A model generated the notes under the pieces. It was not told the origin of the DNA. It saw nothing but the letters and a program-made list of their open reading frames with translations, and ran no database searches. A stretch of DNA of 64,000 nt from Candidatus Multivoradales bacterium (GTDB taxonomy: Bacteria > Acidobacteriota > Thermoanaerobaculia > Multivoradales > J023), in assembly GCA_965248925.1 (NCBI GenBank), contig CBDFLE010000006.1:1056001-1120000 (forward strand), read 5' to 3'. The translations under genes and the position numbers were made by a program. This document shows positions 28,188 to 37,700 of the stretch, piece by piece (the stretch's first letter is position 1; each line of letters opens with the position of its first letter).

Positions 28188-28529
28188 ATGATCACTAAAT
28201 ATTTGAGTGACGATGCCTTCCTAAGCAAACTTGGCGAGCGCCTTTGCCGCTACCGACTCCGACTTGGCCTAACCCAAGCGGCATTGGCCGACAAAGCGGG
28301 AATCTCGAAGCGCACCGTCGAACGCATCGAGGCGGGAAGCTCGGCCCAGCTGTCGAGCTTTATTCGCCTGTGCCGCGCACTCGACTTGCTCGACGACCTC
28401 GACCGCCTGGTCCCGGCGTTAGCCCTCAGCCCCATGGAGCAGCTGAAGCTGGGCGGCAAGCAACGCCGCCGGGCCTCATCTCAGCCACCAAGACCCCCTA
28501 CCAGCGCGTGGGTTTGGGGCGATAGTTGA
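28188..28529 (+). CDS. XRE-family HTH antitoxin (HipB-like)
   Basis: LGERL.RYRL..GLTQAALADKAGISKRTVERIEAG; SPMEQLKL..KQRRRAS; overlaps the hipA start. Confidence 0.9.
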   Translation: MITKYLSDDAFLSKLGERLCRYRLRLGLTQAALADKAGISKRTVERIEAGSSAQLSSFIRLCRALDLLDDLDRLVPALALSPMEQLKLGGKQRRRASSQPPRPPTSAWVWGDS

Positions 28530-29845
28530 CCACCAACGCGGAGGTTCGCCTCTGGGGCCGCACCATCGGTGCGGTTTCGTTGTCCGACGACTCAACCCAC
28601 GCAACTTTCGAATACGACCTCGAATTCGCTCACAGCGGCATCGAGATTGCACCGCTCATGATGCCGCTGGCAGCACGGCGGATCTATGCCTTTCGCGAGC
28701 TACCGACCAGAAGCTTTCACGGTTTGCCGGGTCTGCTGGCAGATTCCCTACCTGACCGATTTGGCAATGCCCTGATCGAGGCATGGCTGGCCTCCGTTGG
28801 CCTTCCGGCCGAGAAGTTCAATGCCGTTCAAAGACTGTGCTATGCCGGTTCTCGGGCAATAGGAGCCCTTGAGTTCGAACCCGCGGAAGGTCCCGAACCG
28901 CAGCGATCGACAGAGATCCAAGTAGCTGCTCTGGTCGAACTCGCCGCCGAGGCGGTGGCAGATCGAGCCCAACTCCGCGGCTCTTTTTCCGATACCTCCA
29001 AGCAAGCCGCGATTCAAGACATCCTACGCGTCGGCACCTCTGCCGGTGGTGCCCGAGCCAAAGCGGTGATCGCTTGGAATCCGCAAACCAACGAGGTCCG
29101 ATCCGGACAGCTCGATAGCGGTAGCGGCTTTGAACATTGGCTACTCAAATTCGATGGAGTCACGGGTGACCGCGACAAAAACTCTGACGATTCGCAGGGG
29201 TTCGGCACCCTCGAATACGCCTACTACCTGATGGCCCTGGCGGCCGGTATCGAGATGAGCGAGTGCCGCCTGTTCGAGGAGAACGGCCGGCGCCATTTTA
29301 TGACCCGCCGATTCGACCGGCCTGCCAGCGGTGACAAGCTACACATGCAGTCGCTAGGCGCGCTGGCTCACTACGATTTCTACCTGGCCGGTGCCTACTC
29401 TTACGAGCAAGCGCTGCTGGTTCTTCGCCAGCTCGGTCTCTCGACCCGCGTGATCGAACAGCAATTTCGGCGGATGGCGTTCAACATTCTGGCGCGGAAT
29501 CAGGACGACCACGTCAAGAATATTGCTTTCCTGATGGATAGGACGGGCACCTGGACACTCTCACCGGCTTTCGACCTCACCTACAGCTTCAACCAGCGAG
29601 GCGAGTGGACCTCGGAACACCAAATGACCCTCAACGGCAAACGCCGTGGGTTTACCCTGGACGATTTCCGTCAATGCGCCAAAACGGCCGCCATGAAACG
29701 AGGCCGGGCTGAGATGTTGGTGGAGGAAGTCCACTCGGCAGTCGAGCGATGGCCTGAATTCGCGAGCCAGGCTGGTGTCACAGAGTCTAGGCAGAAGAGA
29801 ATCCAAGAGCAGCATAGGCTCGCATTGCTCTCTTCGGGCCGCTGA
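28526..29845 (+). CDS. hipA: HipA-family kinase toxin
   Basis: AEVRLWGRTIGAV, DSLPDRFGN, GTSAGGARAKA, WLLKFDG, RRFDR, NQDDHVKN, LSPAFDL. Confidence 0.95.
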   Translation: MTTNAEVRLWGRTIGAVSLSDDSTHATFEYDLEFAHSGIEIAPLMMPLAARRIYAFRELPTRSFHGLPGLLADSLPDRFGNALIEAWLASVGLPAEKFNAVQRLCYAGSRAIGALEFEPAEGPEPQRSTEIQVAALVELAAEAVADRAQLRGSFSDTSKQAAIQDILRVGTSAGGARAKAVIAWNPQTNEVRSGQLDSGSGFEHWLLKFDGVTGDRDKNSDDSQGFGTLEYAYYLMALAAGIEMSECRLFEENGRRHFMTRRFDRPASGDKLHMQSLGALAHYDFYLAGAYSYEQALLVLRQLGLSTRVIEQQFRRMAFNILARNQDDHVKNIAFLMDRTGTWTLSPAFDLTYSFNQRGEWTSEHQMTLNGKRRGFTLDDFRQCAKTAAMKRGRAEMLVEEVHSAVERWPEFASQAGVTESRQKRIQEQHRLALLSSGR

Positions 29846-29855
29846 CAGAGCAGCC

Positions 29856-29920
29856 GATAACTCGCTAAAGATGACGAGTTATCCAAGACACTTCTTTCTG
29901 GTCACCAAGACTGACGAGTT
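29856..29920. repeat. Two further degenerate palindromic boxes downstream of hipA
   Basis: GATAACTCGCT-AAAGAT-GACGAGTTATC (29856-29883) and a half-conserved box ending GACGAGTT at 29920, 40 bp later. Confidence 0.6.
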
Positions 29921-29952
29921 GGCGCGCTGAGCCGCTCCCACCAAGGAAGTAC

Positions 29953-30516
29953 CTACCAACCGCCACAGATCCGGCGCACCTCGCGCTCTAGCAAGCTCAA
30001 CAGGGCGACGTCGGGCTTGACGTTGGGGCGCAGTTCGCCGACCAGTCCGGCCAACCTTTCGATGGCTTGGGGGTGCCGGGCGAGAAAGCCCTCGACCGCC
30101 GAGCGCGGCCGGCGAGCCGCTTCGGACACCGCCCACCGGGTGAGGTCGGCTTGGTGGTGGAAAAGGTCGAGCCCCATCGCCTTGGCCACCTGCCGCCGCC
30201 AACGACTCTTCGGGTCAGCCTTGGCCGCCCAACGGCGGATGCGATCGAGGCCCAAGCGCTCACCGAGGAGAAAGTAAATCTTGCCGACCCGCTCGAATTC
30301 CTCATCGGCAGCACGGCCAATGCGCACGATATCGCCACAGCAGGCCAGATAGTCGAGAGCCGAGATCTGCTGGCTGAGACGCCTAGGAACCTTGGCCGTC
30401 TCGAAACGCTTGCGCCGCCGACGCACCTCCGCGCGGGCTCTGGCCGGCAACAGATCCTCCAAGTTGTCGGCCAACCCACCAATCGCCGCGCGGTAGGCGT
30501 CAACGTGTTTGGACAC
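29953..30516 (-). pseudogene. Duplicated 3' fragment of NAD-glutamate dehydrogenase (partner 34707-35270)
   Basis: Last 187 codons nearly identical to the intact gene, with several substitutions; similarity stops abruptly at 30516. Confidence 0.93.
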
Positions 30517-30785
30517 CCGACTGTACCGCTCTTGCGCTCGTTTGCATTCCCTGCCTCGTAGCTACCCCGTACTCGAAGTCGCGCCCCGCAGCGCCGCTGC
30601 GAAGCCATGGACCAACTGGCCAACACCCTCACGCAATGTGCCCTCGAAACAGCTCTGGTCGACAGCCAAGTCAATGACCGCCGGTGAAATTTTTCGACGC
30701 CCGTTGTAACGAAGCCGGCCCATTTACGCCTATAGATACTGAAGCGATTCTCCGAAACCCGTGTCCGCGAAAGGAGCAAACCCCA

Positions 30786-31019
30786 ATGCCGAGCCATCAC
30801 CTCCCTCTTGCCCTACCGGTTCTTCTACTCACCGCCCTGCTCGCCCTGCCATCCCCAACCCAGGCTCTCGACCTGAGCTTCGACAGCCATGCGGCCACCG
30901 CCGTCGGCCTGGCGGCCGACACCCCGGTGGCCGATATCGAGTGCTGGTGTCTATGGGCTGCACCCTCGATCGCGAGGCGTTCACAAGCGCGCACGAAAAC
31001 ACAACCCGCTGAACCCTAA
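30786..31019 (+). pseudogene. Truncated exported protein (signal peptide plus short N-terminal piece)
   Basis: AAGGAG RBS; MPSHHLPLALPVLLLTALLALPSPTQA; GC and codon style change near 30935. Confidence 0.4.
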
Positions 31020-31160
31020 GGAGGAAACATGAAATGCGCTGACCAGCCTTAGGCGCTCCTTGTAAGTCCGTAGAAAAGCAAGCCGAGATCTGCTAGCGTT
31101 TCCCTCGCTATCTGATTTCGCGCTAGATGGACCGCGATAAACTCCCAATTGGAGGCATGA

Positions 31161-31802
31161 ATGATGAAAGTACTCCCTACCCTGGCCGCGATCCTCGGCC
31201 TTCTCTTCTCCACGATCGCCGCCGCGCAGCAAGTCGCCGGTGAGCTGCCAGGCCTTTCGTATAAGTACGATAAGCAGGAAATTCCCAAACATATCCTGTT
31301 GCATCATTTTTTCCTAGCCGTCCCGACTCAACTCGAGCATTCGGGATCGACTGAGGTTCTGCTCCAATCAATCAACCTCAAAGATCCTCGGGTGTCTTCG
31401 ATTCTCCTCGCCGCAGCCAACCGATATCTTGATATCGTAACAAATGGTCAACCGATGATTGTGCGTGAAACACAGGAAGAGGACGGCTCGACAACGGTTC
31501 TGAAATATGGAGATTCAAGTGCTCCGGATTCGATTGAGCTAGCCGGTCTGGTGGGTGATGCCAGGATACAAGCAAATCACGAGCGGTCTCTAGACCGAGT
31601 GCGACATCTTGCTGAGATCTATGCAAGCCTGGATCGGGATCTGAAGACCATAGGTCTCGATACGAGTGGAATTGACATCTATCTGGACCGAGACCTGCGT
31701 ATGAACACTTCTGTAACGAGCGACAAGCCGTTTCTAGTGGGTAGTTCTGTCTGGGAAGTCGCTGAAACTTTCGAACGTCATTTCGCAACCCAAGAACACT
31801 GA
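31161..31802 (+). CDS. Secreted hypothetical protein (213 aa), low GC
   Basis: GGAGG RBS; signal peptide ending IAAA/QQ. Confidence 0.75.
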   Translation: MMKVLPTLAAILGLLFSTIAAAQQVAGELPGLSYKYDKQEIPKHILLHHFFLAVPTQLEHSGSTEVLLQSINLKDPRVSSILLAAANRYLDIVTNGQPMIVRETQEEDGSTTVLKYGDSSAPDSIELAGLVGDARIQANHERSLDRVRHLAEIYASLDRDLKTIGLDTSGIDIYLDRDLRMNTSVTSDKPFLVGSSVWEVAETFERHFATQEH

Positions 31803-31818
31803 ACAAAGGAGGCTTGCT

Positions 31819-32238
31819 ATGCGAAAGATTCGAATAATCACCGTGGTGGCTCTTTGTCTTCCGGCCGCTTCCCAAGCCATTGCTATCTCGGTTACCGCCC
31901 AGGCAATGGCGCCCAATTGCTCCCTCGCAGTACAGGTACAGTTCATTTATACAGTAGAAGTTACAGGCACTATTCCGGCGATCTGGGCAACCGAGCCGAT
32001 TCGATGGCAGACTACTCACGACCTGTTCAACTGTATCCCTCACGTAGTTAGAAATATTACCTTCTGCTGTGTTAGCGATGGGAACAGTGCGATCCTGAAC
32101 AACTCCCACGAGGGCGTTCCATGCCCGGTTCGGGCCAGCTGCGAAACATTTGCGACGATTGGAGGTGGGCTGTTGCCGATCTTCTCGGACTCTGATTTCA
32201 GTAGCTGCAGAGAGCCGTGTTTGGATCCCTTCTTCTGA
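31819..32238 (+). CDS. Secreted Cys-rich hypothetical protein (139 aa), low GC
   Basis: AAGGAGG RBS; signal peptide ending SQA; 8 Cys in the mature region. Confidence 0.75.
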   Translation: MRKIRIITVVALCLPAASQAIAISVTAQAMAPNCSLAVQVQFIYTVEVTGTIPAIWATEPIRWQTTHDLFNCIPHVVRNITFCCVSDGNSAILNNSHEGVPCPVRASCETFATIGGGLLPIFSDSDFSSCREPCLDPFF

Positions 32239-32251
32239 TCCTCTAACCAAG

Positions 32252-32294
32252 GCTCGGTGGCGGCCGGACACTGCTTGCTCGGCCGCCACCGAGC
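32252..32294 (+). terminator. Strong hairpin after the two-gene cassette
   Basis: GCTCGGTGGCGGCCG-N13-CGGCCGCCACCGAGC, perfect 15-bp stem, weak U tail. Confidence 0.55.
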
Positions 32295-32299
32295 GGACT

Positions 32300-32750
32300 T
32301 GTCTACTCAACACCAACCAAGCCTGGATCCTCGGTACCTACTCGTACCAGACCACCGTCGACACCGGCGGCGCCACCTTGCGCCGTGACACCTGCTTCGA
32401 TTCCGCGACCGGCTTTTTGAAAGTGGAGCGGCTGCGCCAGGCCAACCCCTCGCCAAGCTCGGACGACGTGGTGCGCGCGATGAGCTACGTCCGCGATGCC
32501 GCGAGTAAGGTCGAAACCGTGGTCGAGCGCCATTTCGGCGGAGATACGGGTGCCGTGGCGGCGCCCGGCGACGTCTGCGCGCTGAATCCGGCGCACAACA
32601 CCAGCCACGTTGCCCTGGAGCACAAGTGGCGGTACGGCTCGGGCCGCTCAAGCCAATACTTGAAACTCGATGGCAGCCGCTTCCCCTTCTTCGAAGTGCT
32701 CCAGACGGTGGACCGGAACACCGGCTTGATCAGCGCGAGTACAGCCCCCT
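32300..32750 (+). pseudogene. Internal fragment of an Rhs/YD-repeat protein
   Basis: TCFDSATGFL..ER, SYVRD, EHKWRYG, VDRNTGLISAST are YD-repeat-like; no start and no core end. Confidence 0.55.
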
Positions 32751-33023
32751 TAGCGGCTGGCACCGCGCCGAAAACGTCCAAGCGATCGGCAAGCACTTCC
32801 TGCTCGACACCTGGCGCGACGCCATGATCTTCGTCGACTTCGTGCTCTTCACCGGCGAGCGGCTGGCCATCACCCCGCGAATCGTCATCGTCGGCCGCCG
32901 GCTCAGTGTCCAGATCGGACCCCGACCCCCAGCCAGCCTGAACAGCAGGCATTTCGAATATGCCCACTCCCTCGACCTCCCATGCGGATCCGGCGAAGAA
33001 ACCCTGAGGTCGCTGGAGCCCTC

Positions 33024-33065
33024 CCTCCGGGCCGGGCCTCTCTCCCGGCCCGGAGGCTCTTTTTT
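33024..33065 (+). terminator. Rho-independent terminator
   Basis: CCTCCGGGCCGGG-N7-CCCGGCCCGGAGG followed by CTCTTTTTT. Confidence 0.75.
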
Positions 33066-33089
33066 CACCCGGTCAGACCCTCACCCGAC

Positions 33090-33360
33090 GGAAAAGGTGC
33101 CAGGCACATTATCGGCCGGCGGAAAAGGTGCCGGCGGAAAAGGTGCCAGGCACATTATCCGGAAAAGGTGCCAGGCACATTATCGGGCACATTATCGGCG
33201 GAAAAGGTGCCAGGCACATTATCCGGAAAAGGTGCCAGGCACATTATCGGGCACATTATCGGCGGAAAAGGTGCCAGGCACATTATCGGCGGCGGCGATT
33301 GGCGGCGGAAAAGGTGCCAGGCACATTATCGGCGGGCACATTATCGGCGGCGGCGATTGG
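33090..33360. repeat. Irregular tandem array of an imperfect palindrome GGAAAAGGTGCCAGGCACATTATC(C)
   Basis: 7 full copies (33090, 33136, 33161, 33200, 33225, 33264, 33307) plus half copies; no unique spacers. Confidence 0.95.
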
Positions 33361-34005
33361 CCGATCCGGCTCCCAGCTACTTTGAAGCCGATCTGGTCGC
33401 GCACTGTGGCGGGTCGATGGCCGGCAGCTTCGTGCATAGCTTCGTCTTGACCGACATCGAAAGCGGTTGGACCGAGGTCGTTCCTCTGTTACTTCGCGAG
33501 CAGGGGCTGGTAACCGTGGCCCTCGACCCATTCAGTGGGCGACTGCCGGTGACGCTATGGGACCTCGACACAGACAATGACAGCGTCTTCATCAACGGCA
33601 CATTGGTGCGGTACTGCGCCCGTCACCAAATCGAGCAAACCCGTTCGCGTGCTTACCGCAAGAAGGATCAAGCGTGGGAGGAGCAAAAGAATGGCTCCGT
33701 GGTGCGACGTCTCGACGGCTACGGCCGCTTCTCCGGAATGGCGTCGGCTCATTCCCTGGCTCGGTTGTTCAATATCGCGCGCCTCTACGTGAACTTCTTC
33801 CAGCCGTCGTTCAAACTCCGAGACAAAACTCGAGTCGGTGCTAAGGTGAACCGTCGGTCCTTCGCGCCAGCGACGCCGTGTGAGCGGCTCCTTGCCCATG
33901 CCACCGTTACCGAAGAAACCAAAGCTCGACTGAGACGGTGCAGAGACGAACTCGATCCCGTCAACTTGATCAAGGGGATTCGCGACGCGCAGGCCGACCT
34001 TGCCC
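33352..34005 (+). pseudogene. Integrase-core (rve/DDE) transposase fragment, ISNCY-like, truncated at both ends
   Basis: FEADLVAHCG, LTDIESGWTE, DTDNDSVFIN, TRSRAYRKKDQA..EQKNG..VRR, NFFQPS.KL, TPCERLL. Confidence 0.85.
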
Positions 34006-34114
34006 GGTAAAGGTGCCAGGCACATTATCGGCGGTAAAGGTGCCGGTAAAGGTGCCAGGCACATTATCGGTAAAGGTGCCAGGCACATTATCGGCGGTAG
34101 GCACATTATCGGCG
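34006..34114. repeat. Second array of the palindromic repeat (GGTAAAGG variant)
   Basis: 3 full copies of GGTAAAGGTGCCAGGCACATTATC plus half copies, ending at the duplication breakpoint 34115. Confidence 0.95.
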
Positions 34115-34562
34115 GTTTCGAGAAATGGGCGGCGAGGGCTCTGAAAAGTTGTTTGACGGTAGAACAAAACCTACCACCGGCGCTGTAATATTCCCCCCTC
34201 CCTGATCCAACCTGAGGAAAAGCAATGCTCGAGCTGATCTGCAAACGCACCTGAAGCACCTGTCGCAAGGCGGTCGCCTTGCTCGAAGAACACGGAGCTG
34301 AATACCGCTACCGTGAGTACACCCAAGAACCGCTCGATGAAACCGAGCTACGACGAGTGCTCACCCTGCTCGGTGTCGAACCGCGGCAGGTGCTGCGCCG
34401 CCGCGACCGCGCCTACGCGGAACTCGGCCTCACCGGCGAGGAGTCCGCCGACCAGCTGATCACTCACATGGCTAGCCACCCGACCCTGCTGCAAAGGCCG
34501 ATCGGCGTCCTCGGCAAGCGGGCGGTGGTCGGCAGACCGGTGGAACGATTGCTGGAGCTGCT
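34115..34562 (+). repeat. Direct repeat copy A2 (partner 27527-27974)
   Basis: Begins GTTTCGAGAAATGGGCGGCGAGGGC, as at 27527. Confidence 0.95.
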
Positions 34563-34572
34563 GAACACCTGA
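34225..34572 (+). CDS. ArsC/Spx-family selenoprotein, copy 2
   Basis: ATG 34225, in-frame TGA 34252-34254, identical SECIS at 34265-34282. Confidence 0.88.
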
Positions 34573-34610
34573 GCTTCCGGCCTAGCGTCGACTGGCACCT
34601 CGGAATTCCA

Positions 34611-34642
34611 CCGGCAAGTCGTCAAGAGCGACGACTTGCCGG
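34611..34642. terminator. 13-bp inverted repeat between convergent arsC and gdh; contains a perfect hipB-type box
   Basis: CCGGC-AAGTCGTC-AAGAGC-GACGACTT-GCCGG. Confidence 0.55.
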
Positions 34643-34706
34643 TCAAGAAGGCGACAACACGCCGATTGTGGCGAGTTAGCGCGCTGAGCGGCTCCCGCCA
34701 GACTCC

Positions 34707-37700
34707 CTACCAACCGCCACAGATCCGGCGCACCTCGCGCTCTAGCAAGCTCAACATGGCGACGTCGGGCTTGATGTTGGGGCGCAGTTCGCCGACCAGT
34801 CCGGCCAACCTTTCGATGGCTTGGGGGTGCCGGGCGAGAAAGCCCTCGACCGCCGAGCGCGGCCGGCGAGCCGCTTCGGACACCGCCCGCCGGGTGAGGT
34901 CGGCTTGGTGGTGGAAAAGGTCGAGCCCCATCGCCTTGAGCACCTGCCTTCGCCAACGACTCTTCGGGTCAGCCCTGGCCGCCCAACGGCGGATGCGATC
35001 GAGGCCCAAGCGCTCACCGAGGAGGAAGTAGATCTTGCCGACCCGCTCGAATTCCTCATCGGCAGCACGGCCAATGCGCACGATATCGCCACAGCAGGCC
35101 AGATAATCAAGAGCCGAGATTTGCTGGCTGAGACGCCTGGGAACCTTGGCCGTCTCGAAGCGCTTGCGCCGCCGACGCACCTCCGCGCGGGCTCTGGCCG
35201 GCAACAGATCCTCTAAGTTGTCGGCCAGCTCACCGATCGCCGCGCGGTAAGCGGCAACGTGTTTGGACACCTCGCGCGGTGAATCGCCATAGCGTAAGAA
35301 CCAACGAGTCGCCCGCTCGATCAAGCGGATCGAATGCAGGAATAGCTCCGCTTGCAGCTCTGCCGGTACCCGATTGTCGAGTTTCTCGATAGCCCCCCAA
35401 AGGCGACGAATGCGAAAAGCATCGCGAGCCGCGGTATAGGCCCGGGCAATGTCGGGCACCGGGAAGCCGGTGTCGCCGCGCAAGCGCTCGACAAAGGTGG
35501 GCCCGACCCGATTGAGCATGCTGTTGGTGATCGAGGTGGCAATGATCTCGCGCCGCAGCCGATGGCGCTCGGCGAAGCCGCGGAAGCGCTTGGCCACCGG
35601 CTGGGGAAAGTAGCGCAGTAGATCGCCCACCAGCTGCGGGTCGTCGGGTAGATCGGAACTGAGCAGTTCCTCGTAGACGTAGATCTTGGCATAGGCCAGC
35701 AACACCGCCGCCTCGGGCCGGGTGAGGCCGCGCTGCTGTTCTTCCCGCTCGGCCAGAGAAGCTTCGTCAGGCAAGCGCTCGAGCCGCCGATCTAGACGGC
35801 CAGCGCGCTCGAGCTGGAGCAGAAAATGGCGTTGCTCAGCCAGCAGCTCGGCTCCCTGGGCGATGGAGAGGGTCAGCGCCTGGCTCTGCAGGTAGTTATC
35901 GCGCAAGACCAAGGCCACGACCTCTTCGGACATCTCAGCCAGCAATTGATCGCGAGCCGCCTGATCGAGCTGCCCTTCAGCCATCGCCAAATCTAGGGCG
36001 ATCTTGATGTTGACCTCGTGATCCGAAGTGTCGACACCGCCAGAGTTATCGATGAAGTCAGTGTTGATGCAGCCACCGCCCATGGCGTATTCGATCCGGC
36101 CTGCTTGGGTCAGGCCCAAGTTGGCGCCTTCGCCGATCACCCGGCAGCGCAGCTCACTAGCATCGATCCGCACCGAGTCGTTAGCCCGATCGCCAACCTC
36201 AGTGTCGGTCTCCTGGCGTGCTTTGACATAAGTACCGATTCCACCAAACCAAAGCAGATCGACCGAGCAGCGCAGGATCGCCGAGATCAAGTCGTTGGGG
36301 GTCAGGCGGGTTTCGCTCAAACCCAACATCCGCTGAACTTCTGGCGACAGCTCAAGCCGCTTGGCGGAGCGCTCGAAAACCGCTCCACCGGCCGACAGCG
36401 CGCCTCGCTGGTAGTCACTCCAGGTCGAGCGCGGCAAGCGAAAAAGACGCTGGCGCTCAGCATAAGAAGGCTGCGGATCGGGATCCGGGTCGACAAAGAT
36501 CTGCAAGTGATTGAACGCCGCCAACAAACAGGTGTGCTCAGACAGCAACATGCCATTGCCAAAGACATCGCCCGACATATCACCGACGCCGATGGCGGTG
36601 AAGGGCTGCTTTTGAATGTTGTGGTCCAGCTCGCGGAAATGTCGCTTGACCGACTCCCAAGCACCACGAGCGGTGATGCCCATCGCCTTGTGGTCGTAGC
36701 CCACCGAGCCGCCCGAAGCGAACGCATCGCCAAGCCAGAAGTCGTACTCCCGTGCGATTTCGTTGGCCAGGTCGGAAAAAGCCGCCGTGCCCTTGTCGGC
36801 GGCCACCACCAGGTAGGGATCGGGGGCGTCCCGGCACACCAGCCGTGGAGGGGTCTCAATCCTCTCGCCACGACGGTTGTCGGTCAAATCGAGCAGGCCG
36901 CGAATCATCGTTCGGTAACAGCGTTTTCCCTCGGCCAGCAACTCCTCCCGACCACCGGAAGCAGGCGGCCGCTTGACCACGAAACCCCCTTTGGCCCCCA
37001 CCGGCACGATGACCGCGTTCTTGACGATCTGGGCTTTGATCAAACCCAACACTTCGGTGCGGAAATCCGCCGGCCGATCCGACCAGCGCACCCCGCCGCG
37101 AGCCACTAGGCCGCCACGCAAATGCACCGCCTCGACCGCCGGTGAGTAGACGAAGATCTCGAACTCAGGCCGCGGCTCGGGCAACTCGGCAATGCGCCGG
37201 GCCGCCAGCTTGAGCGACAGGTAGGACTTGGGACCGCCGTCCTCGGCAAACTGGTAGAAGTTGGTGCGCAAAGTCGCCGCGACGACACCGATCAAGGCCC
37301 GCAGGATGCGGTCCTCGTCGAGACTGAAGACCCGGTCGAGAGCCGCCCACAGCTGTTGCTCGAGCTGCTCGGCAAGCTGCTTCGCACTTTGCTGCCGATC
37401 CGGATCGAAGAGAGTCTCGAAGAGGTCCACCAAACCGCGGGTGACCTCACCATTGCGGAACAGGGTCTGGGCCATGTAGACCCGGCTGAAAGGCAGATTG
37501 GCTTGTTGCAGGTAGAGCACGTAGGCCCGCAGTACCAGCACCTGCCGCCAGTTCAAGCCGGTGCCCAGGACCAGCCGGTTGAGACCGTCGCTCTCGATCT
37601 CACCGCTCCACAGGCGACTGAAGGTGGCGACGAAACGGTGCTGGCAATCCTCGAGATCGACCTCCTGGCCGGCGATAACGAGTTCGAAATCGCGCACCCA

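Noticed and set aside
29856-29883. Chromosomal dif / pdif site
   Set aside because: 11-6-11 geometry fits, but the arms do not match XerC/XerD consensus (no inner TAA...TTA).
29953-30516. Independent 187-aa gene
   Set aside because: Its start is an internal Val codon of gdh at the duplication edge.
30517-30690. Possible tail of a tyrosine integrase at the cargo left edge (…RRCEAMDQLA…)
   Set aside because: Too short, needs a frameshift and has no catalytic motifs; cannot be supported.
32982-33350. KGARHII / EKVPGTLS repeat proteins in several frames
   Set aside because: Translations of the DNA palindrome array; not a credible protein.
33090-34114. Repeat arrays as a CRISPR array
   Set aside because: No unique spacers of regular length, units abut or are partial, and no cas genes are present.
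36018-37109. Long antisense ORFs opposite gdh, htpG, rfbF, valS and the SGNH gene
   Set aside because: Typical high-GC shadow ORFs overlapping well-supported genes.
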